DNA of 64,000 nt, from positions 30,957-94,956 of the forward strand of contig JAIRPN010000014.1 of assembly GCA_031256975.1 (NCBI GenBank), written 5' to 3'. Source of the DNA: Verrucomicrobiales bacterium. GTDB taxonomy: Bacteria > Verrucomicrobiota > Verrucomicrobiia > Methylacidiphilales > JAAUTS01. The position numbers and the translations under genes are program-made. This document shows, piece after piece, positions 21,768-30,599 of this stretch. Numbering within the stretch: position 1 is the stretch's first letter; every line of letters starts with the position of its first letter. Below the pieces are notes generated by a model. The model was not told the origin of the DNA and did no database searches. It saw only the letters and a program-made list of their open reading frames with translations.

Positions 21768-22175
21768 ATGAAACTGCAATTGGAAATCGTGACTCCCGAG
21801 AAGAAAGCTTTTTCGGGAGAAGTGGACAGCGTGGTGGTTCCCACCGTGGAGGGTGACCTGGGTATTTTGCCCGGTCACACGCCGGTGATGACCCTGCTGC
21901 AACCGGGACATTTGCAGGTGATCAACGGCGAGAAAAAGGATTATCTGGCCATCGGCAGCGGTTTTGCCGAGATCGCCGCCCACAAGGTGGTGGTGTTGAC
22001 CGATGCCGCGCTTAGCGAGGACCAGATCGACGAGGTTTCGGTCGAGGCTGCCATTGAACGGGCGCAAAAAGCCCTGCAGGAAAAAGTGTCTCCCGAGGAA
22101 GAGGCGGCGCTGAAGGCGGGCATCCAGAAGTCACTGGCCCAGCTGCATCTCAAACGGCGCAAGCATCAGCCTTAA
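21768..22175 (+). CDS. atpC: F0F1 ATP synthase subunit epsilon
   Basis: 135 aa, last gene of the operon. N-terminal beta-sandwich followed by a C-terminal helical hairpin. Confidence 0.85.
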   Translation: MKLQLEIVTPEKKAFSGEVDSVVVPTVEGDLGILPGHTPVMTLLQPGHLQVINGEKKDYLAIGSGFAEIAAHKVVVLTDAALSEDQIDEVSVEAAIERAQKALQEKVSPEEEAALKAGIQKSLAQLHLKRRKHQP

Positions 22176-22207
22176 CCAGTCACGGCAGAATGAAGAAATT
22201 TACGCGT

Positions 22208-22238
22208 CAGGGCGGTTGAAAAAACGCCCTGTTTTTTT
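22208..22238 (+). terminator. Rho-independent terminator of the atp operon
   Basis: Stem CAGGGCG (22208-22214) pairs with CGCCCTG (22225-22231), with a 10-nt loop, followed by T7 (22232-22238). Lies between convergent atpC and rimO. Confidence 0.8.
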
Positions 22239-22250
22239 GAAGGCTGGTGA

Positions 22251-23624
22251 TTAGCGTGCCGCCGAGGCGACCAGATCGTAGCCGCGCCAGTCGCTAATGG
22301 TGACGTTGGCAAAGCTGCCGACCGGGATTTGTTTGTCGACGAACACGGTGCTGTCAATGCCGGGAGCGTCCCACTCCGTGCGGGCGACGCCGGGTTCCTC
22401 CACCAGCACGCGCATGCTCTTGCCAACCTGGGAGCTGTTGGTTTCGTCGTAGAGTTTCTGCAGTTTCGTCATCGCCTTGTTCCAGCGGGAATGGCGGGTG
22501 GCGTGGTGCAGGTGGCCGTCCATGTTGTGGGCGCGGGTGCCTTCTTCCTTGGAATATTCGAAGATGCCGGCGCGTTCGAAGCGGGCTTCCCCGAGAAAGT
22601 CCATCAATTCGTTGAAATCCGCCTCGGTTTCGCCGGGGAAACCGACGATGAAGGTGGTGCGGATGGCGAGGCCCGGAATTCCGGCGCGCATTTTCTTGAT
22701 CAGGTTGCGGATATAGGAGCCGTCGGTTTCACGTTTCATGCGGGAGAGCATGTTGTCGCTGATGTGTTGCAGCGGGACGTCGATATAGCGGGCAACGTGC
22801 TTGCTGTTGGCGATGGCCTCGATCAGTTCGTCGCTCCAATGCGCAGGGTGGGTGTAGAGCAGGCGGATCCAGAAATCGCCCTCGATGGTGTCGAGTTCAC
22901 GGATCAGCGAGGCAAGTGATTCGCCGCGCGAGCTGTCGACGCCGGAGCGCGGGTTCGGGCGCTGGCCTTCCCATCGGTCCATGCCGAAGTAAGTGGTGTC
23001 CTGCGAGATCAGGTTGATTTCCTTCACGCCGCTAACGACGAGGTCGCGCACTTCGCGCACGACGGATTCCTGGGTGCGACTGCGATGCTGGCCGCGGATT
23101 TTCGGGATGATGCAAAACGAGCAGGGGTGATTGCAACCCTCGGCGATTTTCACGTAGGCGTAATGTTTGGGGGTCAGGCGGAAACGCGGGGTGTTGTAAT
23201 CGGGAATGTATTCCGGCTTGGCGGTTACCAGGTTGCGCTCTTCACCGGCCGGTTGTTCCTTGGCGTATAAGCCGCTGATAATCGGGGCGACCTGGGTGAT
23301 CTGGTCGAGGCCGATGAAGGCGTCGACTTCGGGCATCAGGTTGGGCAATTCCTGGCGGAAACGCTGGGAGAGACAGCCAGCGACGATGATTTTCTGTTTC
23401 TTGCGGTTGGCGTCGCCTTCGCGTTCGTCGACCGCACCGTGGATGGCGGTGATCGATTCCTTCTTCGCCTGGTCGATGAAGGAGCAGGTGTTGATGATGA
23501 GAACATCCGCCAATGACGAGTCGGGCGTCATGGTCATGCCGGCTTGTTGCAAATGGCCGACCATCACTTCCGAGTCAATCAGGTTCTTTGCACAGCCCAA
23601 GGAGATAAGCCCCACTTTAATCAT
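22251..23624 (-). CDS. rimO: Ribosomal protein S12 methylthiotransferase RimO (radical SAM MTTase with TRAM domain)
   Basis: Start re-set to the ATG at 23624 (MIKVGLISLGCAKNLIDSEVM, the typical RimO N-terminus). Radical-SAM CxxxCxxC motif (CNHPCSFC) and a C-terminal TRAM domain. Confidence 0.85.
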   Translation of the reverse strand: MIKVGLISLGCAKNLIDSEVMVGHLQQAGMTMTPDSSLADVLIINTCSFIDQAKKESITAIHGAVDEREGDANRKKQKIIVAGCLSQRFRQELPNLMPEVDAFIGLDQITQVAPIISGLYAKEQPAGEERNLVTAKPEYIPDYNTPRFRLTPKHYAYVKIAEGCNHPCSFCIIPKIRGQHRSRTQESVVREVRDLVVSGVKEINLISQDTTYFGMDRWEGQRPNPRSGVDSSRGESLASLIRELDTIEGDFWIRLLYTHPAHWSDELIEAIANSKHVARYIDVPLQHISDNMLSRMKRETDGSYIRNLIKKMRAGIPGLAIRTTFIVGFPGETEADFNELMDFLGEARFERAGIFEYSKEEGTRAHNMDGHLHHATRHSRWNKAMTKLQKLYDETNSSQVGKSMRVLVEEPGVARTEWDAPGIDSTVFVDKQIPVGSFANVTISDWRGYDLVASAAR

Positions 23625-23717
23625 CGGGAAAGTATACGCACTTTTTCCCGGCAGACACGCCAAAAACAACAAAATTTCGCTGTTAGCGTCCACGCCGGGC
23701 GCTAATGTCGGGACTTT

Positions 23718-24392
23718 ATGAATTTCCAGCAGTCGTTGAAAATAGCAGGCAGGGCGGCACGGGCCAATCTGCGGCCGGGGATGTTATTGTGGAGCTTGCT
23801 GCTGCTGTTTCTGCTGGTGTACCTGGGGAGTGCCGGATTTCGCGGTCTGTTGCAGCAAGTGGCGGATTTCAAGTCCCGGGTGGGTTATCCGTTTTCATTC
23901 ATGGTTTACGCCCTGTTTGGGGCCTTGTTGCCGGAATTATTGCGAATCGTGTTTTTTCAACGCTGCCGCTGCACGGTGGAAAATCTGCGGAATTTCCTGT
24001 TTGGTTTTTTGATCTGGGGCTTGTGCGGGATACTCGGCGATTTTTTCTACCGCTGCCAGACCTTGTGGTTTGGCCCCGGCAATGATTGGCGGACGCTCAT
24101 GACGAAGGTGGCCGTGGATCAACTGGTGTATAGTCCGCTGGTCAACTCGACGGCATTCTCGATATTTACCTGGCGCGCGGCAAAGTTTGGCTGTTCGGTT
24201 TGGCGGGAGATTTTATCCGTGAAATTTTTCCTGCAGAAAATTTTTCCGTTGCTTGTTGCCTGCTGGTGCATTTGGATTCCCGGTGTGACGCTGGTTTATT
24301 TCATGCCCGTGCCGCTGCAACTGCCGGTGGCGTCGCTGATTCTGTGCTTCTATGTGCTGGTGTTTACTTTCCTGCACAAACAAGAGGCATAG
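23718..24392 (+). CDS. Polytopic membrane protein, Mpv17/PMP22-like
   Basis: 224 aa with 4-6 TM helices. Contains KVAVDQLVYSPL and W..WIPGVTLVYFMPVPLQLPV, which resemble the Mpv17/PMP22 signature (DQ..F.P; W..WP....NF..VP). Assigned from memory of the family. Confidence 0.45.
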   Translation: MNFQQSLKIAGRAARANLRPGMLLWSLLLLFLLVYLGSAGFRGLLQQVADFKSRVGYPFSFMVYALFGALLPELLRIVFFQRCRCTVENLRNFLFGFLIWGLCGILGDFFYRCQTLWFGPGNDWRTLMTKVAVDQLVYSPLVNSTAFSIFTWRAAKFGCSVWREILSVKFFLQKIFPLLVACWCIWIPGVTLVYFMPVPLQLPVASLILCFYVLVFTFLHKQEA

Positions 24393-24401
24393 GGGCGGGT
24401 T

Positions 24402-25205
24402 TTATTTTTCCAATTCAACCGGATTGGTCAACGCGCCGATCTTTTCAATTTCCACGGTGACGCTGTCGCCGGGTTGCATCCAGACGAAGGGGTCGCGGCC
24501 CATGCCGACACCTTCCGGAGTGCCGGTGAAAATCACCGTTCCAGGCAATAGGGTGGTGGCTTTGCTGAGGAAAGAAATGATCTCGGCGCAGCTAAAGATC
24601 ATGTCGCTGGTGTTGGAATTTTGCAAAACCCGGCCATTGAGGATGGTTTTCACCGTTAGCGTGTTGGGGTCGGGAATTTCATCCTTGGTGACAAGGCAGG
24701 GGCCGAGCGGGGCGAAGGTGTCGAAGGTTTTGGCGAGACACCATTGGCCGCCGCCGCCGAATTTTTGCCAGTCGCGGGCGGAGACATCGTTGCCGCAGGT
24801 ATAACCAAACACATAATCCAGCGCGTCGCTAACAGCGACATTTTTGCAGGTTTTGCCGATGACGATGACCAGTTCCACTTCGTAGTCGACCTTGGTGCTT
24901 TTCAGGGCGGTGGGAATCAGGACCGGATCGTTGGGATGCTGCACGGAGGAAGGGTTCTTGAAAAACAGGATCGGATACTGGGGGATTTCACACTTGGTTT
25001 CGTGGGCGTGCTTTTTGTAATTGAGCCCGATGCAGAGAATCGCACGCGGGTCGAGCGGGGCGAGAAGTTTTTTGACGCCGGCCTTGCGACCGCTAACCGT
25101 GAAGCTGCCGAGGATATCGCCGTCGAGTTCAAGGGCGGAACCATCCGGTTGCAACGAGGCGAATTTGATTTGGTCGTTAGCGTCGGCATAGCGGATGATT
25201 TTCAT
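24402..25205 (-). CDS. Fumarylacetoacetate hydrolase (FAH) family protein
   Basis: 267 aa. Conserved FAH blocks: YEVELVIVIGK, GYTCGNDVSARDWQ, GTVIFTGTPEGVG. Confidence 0.85.
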   Translation of the reverse strand: MKIIRYADANDQIKFASLQPDGSALELDGDILGSFTVSGRKAGVKKLLAPLDPRAILCIGLNYKKHAHETKCEIPQYPILFFKNPSSVQHPNDPVLIPTALKSTKVDYEVELVIVIGKTCKNVAVSDALDYVFGYTCGNDVSARDWQKFGGGGQWCLAKTFDTFAPLGPCLVTKDEIPDPNTLTVKTILNGRVLQNSNTSDMIFSCAEIISFLSKATTLLPGTVIFTGTPEGVGMGRDPFVWMQPGDSVTVEIEKIGALTNPVELEK

Positions 25206-25290
25206 GCGGAAATATTAACCACGGAAATCGCGGAACACACGGAAGTTTTTTTGGATTTGGATTTTGGCTTTGAACGCCTAGCGTTCTGGG

Positions 25291-26094
25291 ATGGCAAAGA
25301 AATCATTTCCCGTGGCGCTAACGGTCGCGGGTTCGGACAATAGCGGCGGGGCGGGGATTCAGGCGGACTTGAAGACCTTTACCTCGCTCGGCGCGTTTGG
25401 CGCGACGGCGATTACCTGTGTGGTGTCGGAAAATCCGGCGCGGGTGGCCTCGGTGTTTCCGGTGCCGCCAAAGGAGGTGACCGGACAAATCCGCCTGGTG
25501 TTCGAGGCGTTCCCGGTCGGGGCGATGAAGACCGGGATGTTGTATTCCAGGGAAATCATCCGCGCGGTGGCAAAGGAATACGCGTCGCTAACGGCGAAAA
25601 AACTCCCGGCGCTGGTGGTTGACCCGGTGATGGTGGCGACCAGCGGCGGCATGTTGTTGAAAAAGGACGCGGTCGGTGCGCTGATGAATGAGCTGTTGCC
25701 GTTAGCGTCGCTGGTAACGCCGAATTTGAACGAGGCCGAGGTACTGCTGGGGCGCAAAATCCGCACGCTGGACGAAGCCGAGGCGGCGGCGGTGGATTGT
25801 TACCAGATTTGGGGCGTGCCGTTTTTAATCAAGGGAGGCCATTTGAATACGCCGACGGCGATTGATTTATTATATGATGGGAAACAGGTTTATTGTTTGG
25901 AATCGCCGCGCAACAAGAAATTGAAACCGCACGGCGCAGGCTGCACGTATTCGGCGGCGATCACCGCACTGTTAGCGTCGAGGAAGTCGCTGGTCGAATC
26001 GGTTTGCGGCGGCAAGCAATTCATTGCCAATGCCATCCAACAGCCGCTAACCATCGGCAAATACCAGTTGTTGAACCAACTGCCAACCCTCTGA
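25291..26094 (+). CDS. thiD: Hydroxymethylpyrimidine/phosphomethylpyrimidine kinase
   Basis: 267 aa. Contains ALTVAGSDNSGGAGIQADLKTF, VDPVMVATSGG and a GAGCTYSAAI anion-hole motif. Confidence 0.85.
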   Translation: MAKKSFPVALTVAGSDNSGGAGIQADLKTFTSLGAFGATAITCVVSENPARVASVFPVPPKEVTGQIRLVFEAFPVGAMKTGMLYSREIIRAVAKEYASLTAKKLPALVVDPVMVATSGGMLLKKDAVGALMNELLPLASLVTPNLNEAEVLLGRKIRTLDEAEAAAVDCYQIWGVPFLIKGGHLNTPTAIDLLYDGKQVYCLESPRNKKLKPHGAGCTYSAAITALLASRKSLVESVCGGKQFIANAIQQPLTIGKYQLLNQLPTL

Positions 26095-26103
26095 GTGACC
26101 GGT

Positions 26104-26880
26104 ATGCAGGAACGAGTCTTGGGAATCATGGGGGCCATGCCGGAGGAAGTTCACGGCGTGGCGGGACTGTTGGACGAACCCGAGATTTTCTCAATCGGCA
26201 TGCGGGATTACTACGTTGGCCGCTTGAACGGCATCAAAACGGTGGTGGTGTTTTCCCGCTGGGGCAAAGTGGCGGCAGCAGCCACGGTGACCACGTTGAT
26301 TTTACGTTTTCAGGTGACGGATCTGGTGTTCACCGGCGTGGCCGGTGCCTTGCATCCGGAGTTGAATATCGGCGACATCGTGATTGCCAGGCGCTTGATC
26401 CAGCATGACCTGGATGCCCGGCCGTTGATGCGCGAGTTCGAGATTCCGCTGCTGGGGGTCACCAGTCTGGAAATTCAGCCGGAACCGCTGAAATTGGCGG
26501 AACAGGCAGTGCGGGAATTGCTGGAAAAACAGCATCTTGCGGCTGCCGTTTCGACCGGGGACCTGCGGCAATTCAACATTACGCAACCGAAACTGCTGGT
26601 TGGCGATATCGCCAGCGGAGACAAATTTTTCGCCAATAGCGATGACAAGCACGCATTGCTGGCCAGATTGCCGTCGGTGTTGTGCGTGGAAATGGAAGGC
26701 GCGGCGGTGGCACAGGTTTGCCATGAATACGGGGTTTCCTGCACGGTGATCCGCACCATTTCCGACGCGGCGAATGAGCAGTCGGCCGTTGATTTCCCGG
26801 CGTTCATCGGCAAGATAGCCAACAAATATTCGATCGAGATTGTGAAGAATTTGGTGCGGGAAATCTCCGGATCGAAGTAG
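26104..26880 (+). CDS. mtnN: 5'-methylthioadenosine/S-adenosylhomocysteine nucleosidase
   Basis: The ATG at 26104 gives MQERVLGIMGAMPEE; the track start at 26095 is a GTG. Contains CVEMEGAAVAQVC and VIRTISD motifs. Confidence 0.8.
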   Translation: MQERVLGIMGAMPEEVHGVAGLLDEPEIFSIGMRDYYVGRLNGIKTVVVFSRWGKVAAAATVTTLILRFQVTDLVFTGVAGALHPELNIGDIVIARRLIQHDLDARPLMREFEIPLLGVTSLEIQPEPLKLAEQAVRELLEKQHLAAAVSTGDLRQFNITQPKLLVGDIASGDKFFANSDDKHALLARLPSVLCVEMEGAAVAQVCHEYGVSCTVIRTISDAANEQSAVDFPAFIGKIANKYSIEIVKNLVREISGSK

Positions 26881-26892
26881 AAACCCAAGGAT

Positions 26893-27786
26893 ATGCTGAT
26901 ACTGTCACCCGACAACTGGCCCGATTACGAACTGATCGACTGTGGCAATTTTGAAAAGCTGGAGCGCTTTGGCCAGTATGTATTGCGTCGTCCGGAACCG
27001 AAAGCGGTGTGGGCGAGGTCACTGTCGGAGGAAGAATGGCGGCGCATGGCGCATAGCACGTTTATTGCCGGTGCGGGATTCGGCAAATCGGGCAAGGAAG
27101 ACAGCGGAACTTGGAACAATAAAAAGAGCATGGCCGAGCGCTGGCAGGTGGAATTCCAGTACCAGACCATGCGTTTGAAATTGCGGCTGGCGTTAACCTC
27201 GTTCAAGCATGTCGGCGTGTTTCCTGAGCAGGCGCCGAACTGGCGATTTATTTATGACTCGGTGAAGTCGCTAACCACGAAGTCGCCCAAAGTATTGAAT
27301 CTTTTTTCCTACACCGGTGGCGCGTCGTTAGCGGCCCGTGCAGCGGGAGCGGAGGTGACGCATTTGGATTCGGTGAAACAAGTGGTGACTTGGGCGCGTG
27401 AGAACATGGAATCGTCGGGTTTGGATAACATCCGCTGGATCATTGACGATGCGTTGAAATTTGTGCAGCGCGAAGTCAAACGGGGCAATGTGTACCAGGG
27501 TATTTTGCTGGACCCTCCCGCCTATGGTCATGGTATTGACGGCAATCGGTGGAAACTCGACGAGAATATTCTGGAGATGATCCAGTCCTGCAAAAAAATC
27601 CTCGCGCCACAGGACGGCTTTTTGTTGTTGAATTTGTATTCCAACGGCTTTTCCGCGCTGGTGGCCGACACGCTAACGGCGAGCGTGTTTGGTAAGGTCA
27701 AACACAGTGAATGCGGCGAGTTGGTGTTGCAGGATCGTTTCGGCAAGCGGTTGCCGCTCAGCGTATTTTCACGCATCAAACTTTAA
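26893..27786 (+). CDS. Class I SAM-dependent (RlmI/YwbD-like) methyltransferase
   Basis: 297 aa. SAM-binding LNLFSYTGGASL...THLDS and catalytic-region ILLDPPAYG motifs. Confidence 0.75.
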   Translation: MLILSPDNWPDYELIDCGNFEKLERFGQYVLRRPEPKAVWARSLSEEEWRRMAHSTFIAGAGFGKSGKEDSGTWNNKKSMAERWQVEFQYQTMRLKLRLALTSFKHVGVFPEQAPNWRFIYDSVKSLTTKSPKVLNLFSYTGGASLAARAAGAEVTHLDSVKQVVTWARENMESSGLDNIRWIIDDALKFVQREVKRGNVYQGILLDPPAYGHGIDGNRWKLDENILEMIQSCKKILAPQDGFLLLNLYSNGFSALVADTLTASVFGKVKHSECGELVLQDRFGKRLPLSVFSRIKL

Positions 27787-29543
27787 TCCTTCTGCGCTTC
27801 CAGGGCTTTCATCTCGGCACGCAGGAAATCGTGCAAGGTAAGCAGGCCGACCACCTGTCCATTGGCATTGACCAGGATCAAGACTCCCTCGGCGGTGGTG
27901 ATGAGCTGGTCGCGGGCTTGGGTGATGGGGGCTTCGGGTGTCAGGGTAAGGGCGGGGTGCAGCCTTGGTTGGTCGTTAGCGTCGATGATCAGGCAGGCGT
28001 TATGGCGGCTGAGCAGGCCGGTGCATTTGTTGTCGTCGATGACGGGGAAATAATTGTAGGGATGCAACGCTAACAGCGAGGTCAGTTTTTCTTTGGTCAA
28101 TTCTTGGGCGCTAATGGTGACGGGGTTGAAGTTGGCGATGCTGCCGACTTCGAGTCGCTGCCAGGCGTCGAGGGTGCGGGGCGGGATGATTTTTTCCAGG
28201 TTATGGCCGTCACGCAGCAGGGCCTCGGTGTAGAAGTTATTTTTCGCCATTAGCCTGCTGATGGCCTGGCTGACCACGGTGCCGATCATCAAGGCGGGGA
28301 CGAATTTGAATTCGTGGGTCATTTCGAACACGATCAGGATCGAGGTGATCGGCGCGCGGACGACGGCGCCGAGGCAGGCGCTCATGCCGAGTACGGCGAG
28401 GACGATGTGTTCGTCCTTGGACATGGGCATTAGCGGGTCGAGCAGGCCGGTGATGCCGACGGCGACGGCGGCGCCGATAAATAAGGTCGGCGCGAAGATG
28501 CCGCCGCAACCGCCCCAGGAATAGGCGCTAATGGTGGCGAAGAATTTGGCGACGAACAGGGCGAGGGCGACGTACCAGAGCATGTTGTCGTTCAGCATGT
28601 CGGTAAGGGCGTGGTAACCGAGGCCGAAGACGCCGATGCTGCCGCACCACCAGTAGACGCCAACGCCGAGAATCCAGGTGGCGAGGACGCCGATCGCCGG
28701 GCGGAGCCAGACGGGGAACCTGGATTTGGCCTTGATATGGCTGCGCCAGTTGAGGGTCAGGCGCTGGAACAACATTCCGGCCAGCGCCGCGGCTGCCGCG
28801 ATGAGCGGCACCAGCAGGTAGATTTTGTAGGAGACAGTGGAAAGTTGGGCGATTTCGAAGGAGGGGTTGGCGCCGAGGAAAATATGGGTGATGAAGGTCG
28901 CCAGGACAGCTGCTATCAGGGTGTAGACCAGGTAGCGGGAATTGTTCAGGTCCTCGATGATTTCCTCCAGTACGAAGGTGATCGAGGACAACGGGGTATT
29001 GAACGCCGCCGCCAGTCCCGCTGCCGCGCCTGCCGCAGTCGCCGCGCGGCGTCCCTGCTTGGCGACGCCCATGAAGCCGGCGATGTTGGAGCAGAGCGCG
29101 CCGCCGATATGGACGGTTGGTCCTTCGCGGCCCATGCTGGCGCCCCCGCCGATGGTCAGGATGCCGCCGAAGAATTTGACGAACACCGCGCGCAGCGGCA
29201 CATAACCGAAATCCTTCCAGAAGGCGAGCTTGAGTTGCGGGATACCGGAGCCCGCGGCGTCGGGGCTGATTTTGGTCATCAAGATGCCCGCTAACAGCGA
29301 AGTGCCGCTAATGACCAGAAAACTGACCCAGGCGAAGGTGACGATGTCGGTGCCTTTCAGTTTTTCCCAGACCCCGGCATTGATCAGGTTGATGGATTTT
29401 TGAAAGGCAACCGCGGCGAATCCGGCAACCAGGCCGTAGATGATGGTCCGGATGATGTTGCGGACCGGAGGGGGAATCTTGTTCCAAGAGAGATAAGAGG
29501 AGCAACGTTGCAGCAAATCGGCTGGTGGCTTAAGGAAATTCAT
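27783..29543 (-). CDS. ClC-family voltage-gated chloride channel / H+-Cl- antiporter with C-terminal CBS pair
   Basis: Selectivity-filter motifs GSGIP, GREGP and GIFAP. The C-terminal roughly 150 aa is CBS-like. The first ATG is at 29543; the track start at 29546 is a GTG one codon upstream. Confidence 0.85.
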   Translation of the reverse strand: MNFLKPPADLLQRCSSYLSWNKIPPPVRNIIRTIIYGLVAGFAAVAFQKSINLINAGVWEKLKGTDIVTFAWVSFLVISGTSLLAGILMTKISPDAAGSGIPQLKLAFWKDFGYVPLRAVFVKFFGGILTIGGGASMGREGPTVHIGGALCSNIAGFMGVAKQGRRAATAAGAAAGLAAAFNTPLSSITFVLEEIIEDLNNSRYLVYTLIAAVLATFITHIFLGANPSFEIAQLSTVSYKIYLLVPLIAAAAALAGMLFQRLTLNWRSHIKAKSRFPVWLRPAIGVLATWILGVGVYWWCGSIGVFGLGYHALTDMLNDNMLWYVALALFVAKFFATISAYSWGGCGGIFAPTLFIGAAVAVGITGLLDPLMPMSKDEHIVLAVLGMSACLGAVVRAPITSILIVFEMTHEFKFVPALMIGTVVSQAISRLMAKNNFYTEALLRDGHNLEKIIPPRTLDAWQRLEVGSIANFNPVTISAQELTKEKLTSLLALHPYNYFPVIDDNKCTGLLSRHNACLIIDANDQPRLHPALTLTPEAPITQARDQLITTAEGVLILVNANGQVVGLLTLHDFLRAEMKALEAQKD

Positions 29544-29622
29544 CACGGGCCGAAAACTTTCGGCATGGGATATTTTTTATAAAGTTTTGCGAGCATAGTG
29601 CAATAAAAACCCTGAACGGCCG

Positions 29623-30516
29623 TTATGTGCCGGGGTCTCTTCTGGCAAGGTCGAGTTCATGCAAAAAGGCCCGCAATTCCGGACTTTCACGATCGCGCCG
29701 CCAGACTGCGCCCCATTTCATGACCGGCGTTGTTTCCTTGAAAGGCACGAAGGTAACCCCGCTGGACGGAATCCAGGTCATGGTGGAATCGAAGATGGTA
29801 ATTCCCTCTCCGGCGGCGACTAGTGCCAATACGCCAAGGATTTCGGAGCAGTATTGTTTGATTTGCGGCTCAAAGTTGCCGATTTGACGGCAGAACTTCA
29901 ATTGGTCATCAGTCATTTTTGCCGCCGTATCCTTGGACATCAGGAAGGGTTCATTGCGCAATTCGCGGATGCTGATTTTCCTGAGTTTGGCGAGCGGATG
30001 GTTCTCCGGTAGTGCGGCAATCAGGTTGGTGCTGTGCCATAATTTGGAATTCAGCATGTCATTGGGTTCGAAATAACTGCCGATAGTGAGGTCGGTCAGG
30101 TCATTGCGAAGCAGTTCCCCGGGGTCGGACATGTTCAAATGCTGGCATTCCAAATGGACGTCGGCGAAGCCCTTGCGGAATTTGTACAGGGCCTTGGGCA
30201 GGATCCCCTTGGTGATCAGGATGAGAAAGGAAATTCGCAACACGGTCTTTTTGCCCTGGCCGTAAACACGGGTACTATTGGCGACTTGCCTGGCATGGTT
30301 GAGCAGGCTGGTGGCGGAATGATGCAGGTGCCGCCCGGCCTCGGTCAGGGAAACCCTGCGGCTGGTGCGTTGAAACAATTGCACGCCGAATTCCTGTTCC
30401 AGTTTTTTGATTGCCGCGGTTAACGGCGGTTGGGACAAATTGAGTCGTTTGGCTGCGGCGGAGAAGTTTAATTCCTCTGCCACGGCGATAAAATAATGGA
30501 GTTCGCGCAGTTCCAT
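29623..30516 (-). CDS. LysR-family transcriptional regulator
   Basis: 297 aa. N-terminal MELRELHYFIAVAEELNFSAAAKRLNLSQPPLTAAIKKLE HTH plus a LysR substrate-binding domain. Confidence 0.85.
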   Translation of the reverse strand: MELRELHYFIAVAEELNFSAAAKRLNLSQPPLTAAIKKLEQEFGVQLFQRTSRRVSLTEAGRHLHHSATSLLNHARQVANSTRVYGQGKKTVLRISFLILITKGILPKALYKFRKGFADVHLECQHLNMSDPGELLRNDLTDLTIGSYFEPNDMLNSKLWHSTNLIAALPENHPLAKLRKISIRELRNEPFLMSKDTAAKMTDDQLKFCRQIGNFEPQIKQYCSEILGVLALVAAGEGITIFDSTMTWIPSSGVTFVPFKETTPVMKWGAVWRRDRESPELRAFLHELDLARRDPGT

Positions 30517-30599
30517 GGAGTTTTATCTATAGAATATTCGGATTAATATAAAGGAAAATAATATTTATCAAAACAATCGAGCTGCTGTTTAATCGCACG

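Noticed and set aside
25206-25290. TPP riboswitch upstream of thiD.
   Set aside because: The 85-nt spacer lacks the conserved THI-box elements (CUGAGA and the ACCUGAUCUGGAUAAUGCCAGCG-like core) and is too short. It contains only a small GAACGC-CTA-GCGTTC palindrome.
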